Source: Heteronotia binoei
Lineage: Eukaryota
Assembly: GCF_032191835.1 (NCBI RefSeq)
Contig: NC_083230.1
Location: 95,852,001-95,916,000 of the forward strand
Direction: 5' to 3'
DNA length: 64,000 bases
Positions 61,045 through 64,000 of this stretch are shown here, one piece after another. The notes beneath the pieces were generated by a model. It did no database searches and was not told the DNA's origin. It saw only the letters and a list, made by a program, of their open reading frames with translations. The translations under genes and the position numbers were made by a program. Position 1 is the first letter of the stretch, and every line of letters starts with the position of its first letter.

Positions 61045-61165
61045 TGGAATCATAGAATCATAAAGTTGGAAGGAACCTCCAGGGCCATCTAGTCCAACCC
61101 CCTGCACAATGCAGGAAATTCACAAATACTTCCCCCCTCCATGCCCCCAGTGACATCTGCTCCAT
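61045..61165 (-). mobile_element. CR1 3' tail fragment (second subfamily)
   Basis: gaatcatagaatcataaagttggaaggaacctccagggccatctagtccaacccc is the reverse of the (ttctatga)n CR1 terminus. Confidence 0.7.
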
Positions 61166-61203
61166 GCCTCAAATCAGTTCTGCAATATTTATTTCTCAAT
61201 TAC

Positions 61204-61572
61204 CTGATCTGCAGTCTCATCAGAGCTGAAGCTGATCCTCTGGAAAGAACCTCCAGACTCCTTGGCTATTTTCTCCAATATTTCTTGCAAGTGGTTTGTA
61301 GCGTCCCCTCTGTTTTGTACCAAGTATACAGTGTGGACGGGGCAGGCCTGCCCACTCTCCTCCTTTAAAAAGCGACATATTTCTTTGGCCACGCACTCCT
61401 GCAGCCCACTAGTGAATAGATAAACAGCCTGGCAACTGAAGCCTTCCAGTGCTGCTGCCACAGCACTCACGACACTGGCTCCATGGTCACACTGAAGGGT
61501 TCGGATCCAGGCAGCTGCTTCAGCAACACTGGCGAGGGAACATTTCACCAAAACATTTTGCCATTTTAAAAC
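61204..61572 (-). CDS. vWA + DUF4537-like gene, exon B (vWA domain)
   Basis: ctgcag|GTT; VLKWQNVLVKCSLASVAEAAAWIRTL...AVYLFTSG...PVHTVYL...LEKIAKESGGSFQRI...ADQ; CAG|gtaatt; 369 nt. Typical VWA3-type vWA pattern. Confidence 0.88.
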
Positions 61573-62276
61573 CTGCAGAGGAAGTTTAAGGATTATCTAA
61601 TGTGAAACAGAAGCACAAAAGTTGCCCATTTCAGAGAGTGCTTCTTGATAGTCTGGGCTTGTAGATGAGCATTGCTTGAAGTCAGAGACTGTATCACTGG
61701 CCAGCCTGCTTGTGTGGAAATGCCCTTGGAGAAAAATTGCTCATTCTATTGTACTATCTTATGACAATCTGTCTTATATATTGTTATCTTGCCCTTCCTC
61801 CATGAAGCGTAGGCTGGCATACATCACTCTCACTTCTTTATTCTCAGTTTGGTGTAGAGAGTCAATTTGGTCTAGTGGTTAAGTGTGCAGACTCTTATTT
61901 GGGAAAACCAGGTTTGATTCCCCACTCCTCCATATGCAACTGCTGGAGTGACCTTGGGTCAGTTATGACTCTGAGATGTTCTGCTCAAGAGTAGTTCTGG
62001 GAGAGCTCTCTCAGCCCCACCTATCTTACAGGGTGTCTGTTGTGGGAAGGGGAAGGGGATAGTAAGCCACTCTGAGACTCCTTCGGGTAGTGAAGGGAGG
62101 GGTATAGATCCAATCTCTTCTTCACAACAACCCATGAGGTGGGCTAGGTTGAGACTCTGTGACTGGCCCAAGGTCACCTGATAAGTTTCACAGCTGAAGG
62201 ATGATTTGAACCTGGATCATGCAAATCTTAGGCCAGCACCCTAAATGCTACAAAATGCTTTTAAGTTCTCTGTTAC

Positions 62277-62477
62277 CTGGTTGGCACAGCTGATAATGTT
62301 GAACATGCAATCAGTTGGCTTGCTGGCCAGTGAAAAGAGAGTTTTTATGAGGAGTTCTTTCAGGATACTTGTTTTTGAGGGCATTGTCTCCAAGGCACAG
62401 ATCACAAAAGTCACATTCTGTTCATGGATATCAGCTGTTAAGGGGGAAGTTGTACACTGAGGAGAAAGCTCAGCCAT
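62277..62477 (-). CDS. vWA + DUF4537-like gene, exon A (first recognisable coding exon)
   Basis: Acceptor ttgtttcag|TATAGAAATG (exon starts 62484, so an upstream exon exists). MAELSPQCTTSPLTADIHEQNVTFVICALETMPSKTSILKELLIKTLFSLASKPTDCMFNIISCANQ; CAG|gtaaca. Resembles vWA strand A/helix/FNII. The start codon is uncertain. Confidence 0.8.
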
Positions 62478-62999
62478 TTCTATACTGAAACAAAAAGAAA
62501 AAAAAAGATGACTGACCGCCCGAGTACATTTAGGCAATTTTTCAACTTATTAGCATTCCTCCTATAATATCCTCAGATTTCTTTCACCCCCCCGCCCGCG
62601 TGACTTGTTACCACAGATTTTGCTAGTTCTTTCACTTTCTTCACTAATTTAGTGCAGTACAACTAATTTTACTGCTTTTTAACAATAAAGCATTTTGCAC
62701 ACTTCAATGGAAAGAATATGTGACACATGCACATCAAATAGTGAAGAAACTGCAAATGGCAGGCAGATCTAGGGCTCCAGACACTTTGAAAAGCTTAGTA
62801 AAGAGAGAAAGAAAAAGACTGTGCGTCCTGGGAAATGAAGGTCAGACTCAGGGACATCTTCGAGACTCAGGCTGCAGTTCTCAGTTGGCAACCAAAACCA
62901 CATGTCCATCATAAAGCACATGAAGACTGCAGTACAATAACAAATCAACCATCTAGCATGACTACCAATCAGAAACTCAAGGGAAGCATATTTACAACT

Positions 63000-63165
63000 G
63001 CAGAACAAACTCTGAGTCCAGAAGCACCTTTAAGACCAACAAAGTTTTAGTCATGGTGTAAGCTTCCATGTGCACCTTGAATAAAACTTTGTTGATCTTA
63101 AAGGCACCACTGGAGTCAACCTTTATCCTGCTGCTTCATACAAGCACAGCTATCCCACCTGATTC
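63000..63165. mobile_element. Second foldback mini-element of PLE termini
   Basis: gagtccagaagcacctttaagaccaacaaagtttta ... ttgaataaaactttgttgatcttaaaggcaccactggagtc; same design as 1830-2005. Confidence 0.72.
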
Positions 63166-63861
63166 TATATTTAGCTGTGGCACGGTTTTTCATACCTGCA
63201 CAACTGAAAAGAGCTTTACACAGCACATGCAAAGTCAGTAGGAAGGCTGCCTCGGCGCATGGTTAGAGATTGTGCTACAATCATTCAGCAACCCTCTTTA
63301 ACTGTGTGCTTAACACAGCCATTGCACCAGCAACAATGAGATCCCGTTTCTCTCAATGGTGCGCAACACCCCCCACCCTTCAAAAAGAGGAGACCTCAAA
63401 GGCATATTTCTGCATATCAAACAACTGTAAAAAGTATTATGTCACACCGTCTCTTCTTGTTACACGTATTTTTGAAAACATGCAATAAAATGTTAATTGC
63501 AAAAAAAAACTACCAACAAAAATTACATCGATTTTTTTAATGGTCAGTTGTGGCCACCGTCCTCTTGCCCTTCCCGCCTTGTGCTTCTTCTCCAACTCAT
63601 TTTGTTTATATTGTATGTTACATGTTAAAAAGGAATATGGCGGACAAGAAGATCACTAGGAAATACATGTCCTTTTGTTTTGCCTAGACTTGTAGCAAGA
63701 GCAATTAACAGGCAACTTGTATAACCTTTTATTGGTTCGCACACAAATGGTATCCAGACCAAATGATCTTTCAATTTTTTTATTACACTATTTTGCCATT
63801 GGATCCTAACTTTGTATTCTTAGCCACTGCCTACCAGCTATATGTAGCTCTGCTCACTGTA

Positions 63862-64000
63862 CCCCATCCCCTCGTCTGTAGAAGTATGCATGCATACGAA
63901 AGCTCACGTTCTCAATAAAACGTTGTTAGTCTTAAAGGTGCTACTGGACTCCTACTTTGTTCTTTTGCTTCAGACCAACACGGCTGCCCACCTGGATCCA
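63862..64000 (+). mobile_element. PLE-terminus mini-element with hammerhead-like motif
   Basis: CGU-CUGUAGA-AG-UAUGCAUGCAUA-C-GAAA-GCUC-ACG, then aataaaa...gtcttaaaggtgctactggactcc...cagaccaacacggctgcc. Confidence 0.78.

Noticed and set aside
62612-62700. Possible upstream exon of the vWA gene (donor GTG|gtaaca at 62611)
   Set aside because: The donor is plausible but there is no independent support; the required phase-2 frame contains a stop, so at best a UTR exon.
1-64000. CRISPR arrays, operons or prokaryotic defence systems
   Set aside because: Intron-exon structure and vertebrate retroposons throughout; no regularly spaced repeat-spacer array.

Overview
This is eukaryotic genomic DNA from a squamate reptile, probably a gecko, judged from Sauria, 5S-Sauria and Squam-like SINEs plus CR1, L2, Bov-B and L1 LINEs. 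It is not prokaryotic, and there is no CRISPR array or intact rRNA/tRNA gene. Two multi-exon genes could be rebuilt by hand with GT-AG junctions in consistent phase. (1) ADCK2 on the + strand has 8 coding exons at 25683-43167 and about 638 aa. (2) A convergent - strand gene with at least 11 coding exons at about 62477-47347 encodes a vWA domain, DUF4537/Tudor-like repeats and a C-terminal coiled coil; it is C11orf16/VWA3B-like and no symbol is assigned. Two CpG islands (about 8.2-8.7 kb and 24.8-25.4 kb) carry - strand splice donors, probably non-coding first exons of DENND2A (inferred from synteny). The rest is dense, nested transposable element sequence with a 322-N gap. The most striking non-genic signal is a decayed Neptune-type Penelope-like element (19976-23072) with inverted pseudo-LTRs, a 14-bp TSD and minimal hammerhead ribozyme motifs. 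At least five short non-autonomous or foldback derivatives of the same terminus are scattered across the window, with compensatory changes in helix I. Exon coordinates were counted by hand; repeat boundaries are approximate unless a TSD is quoted.
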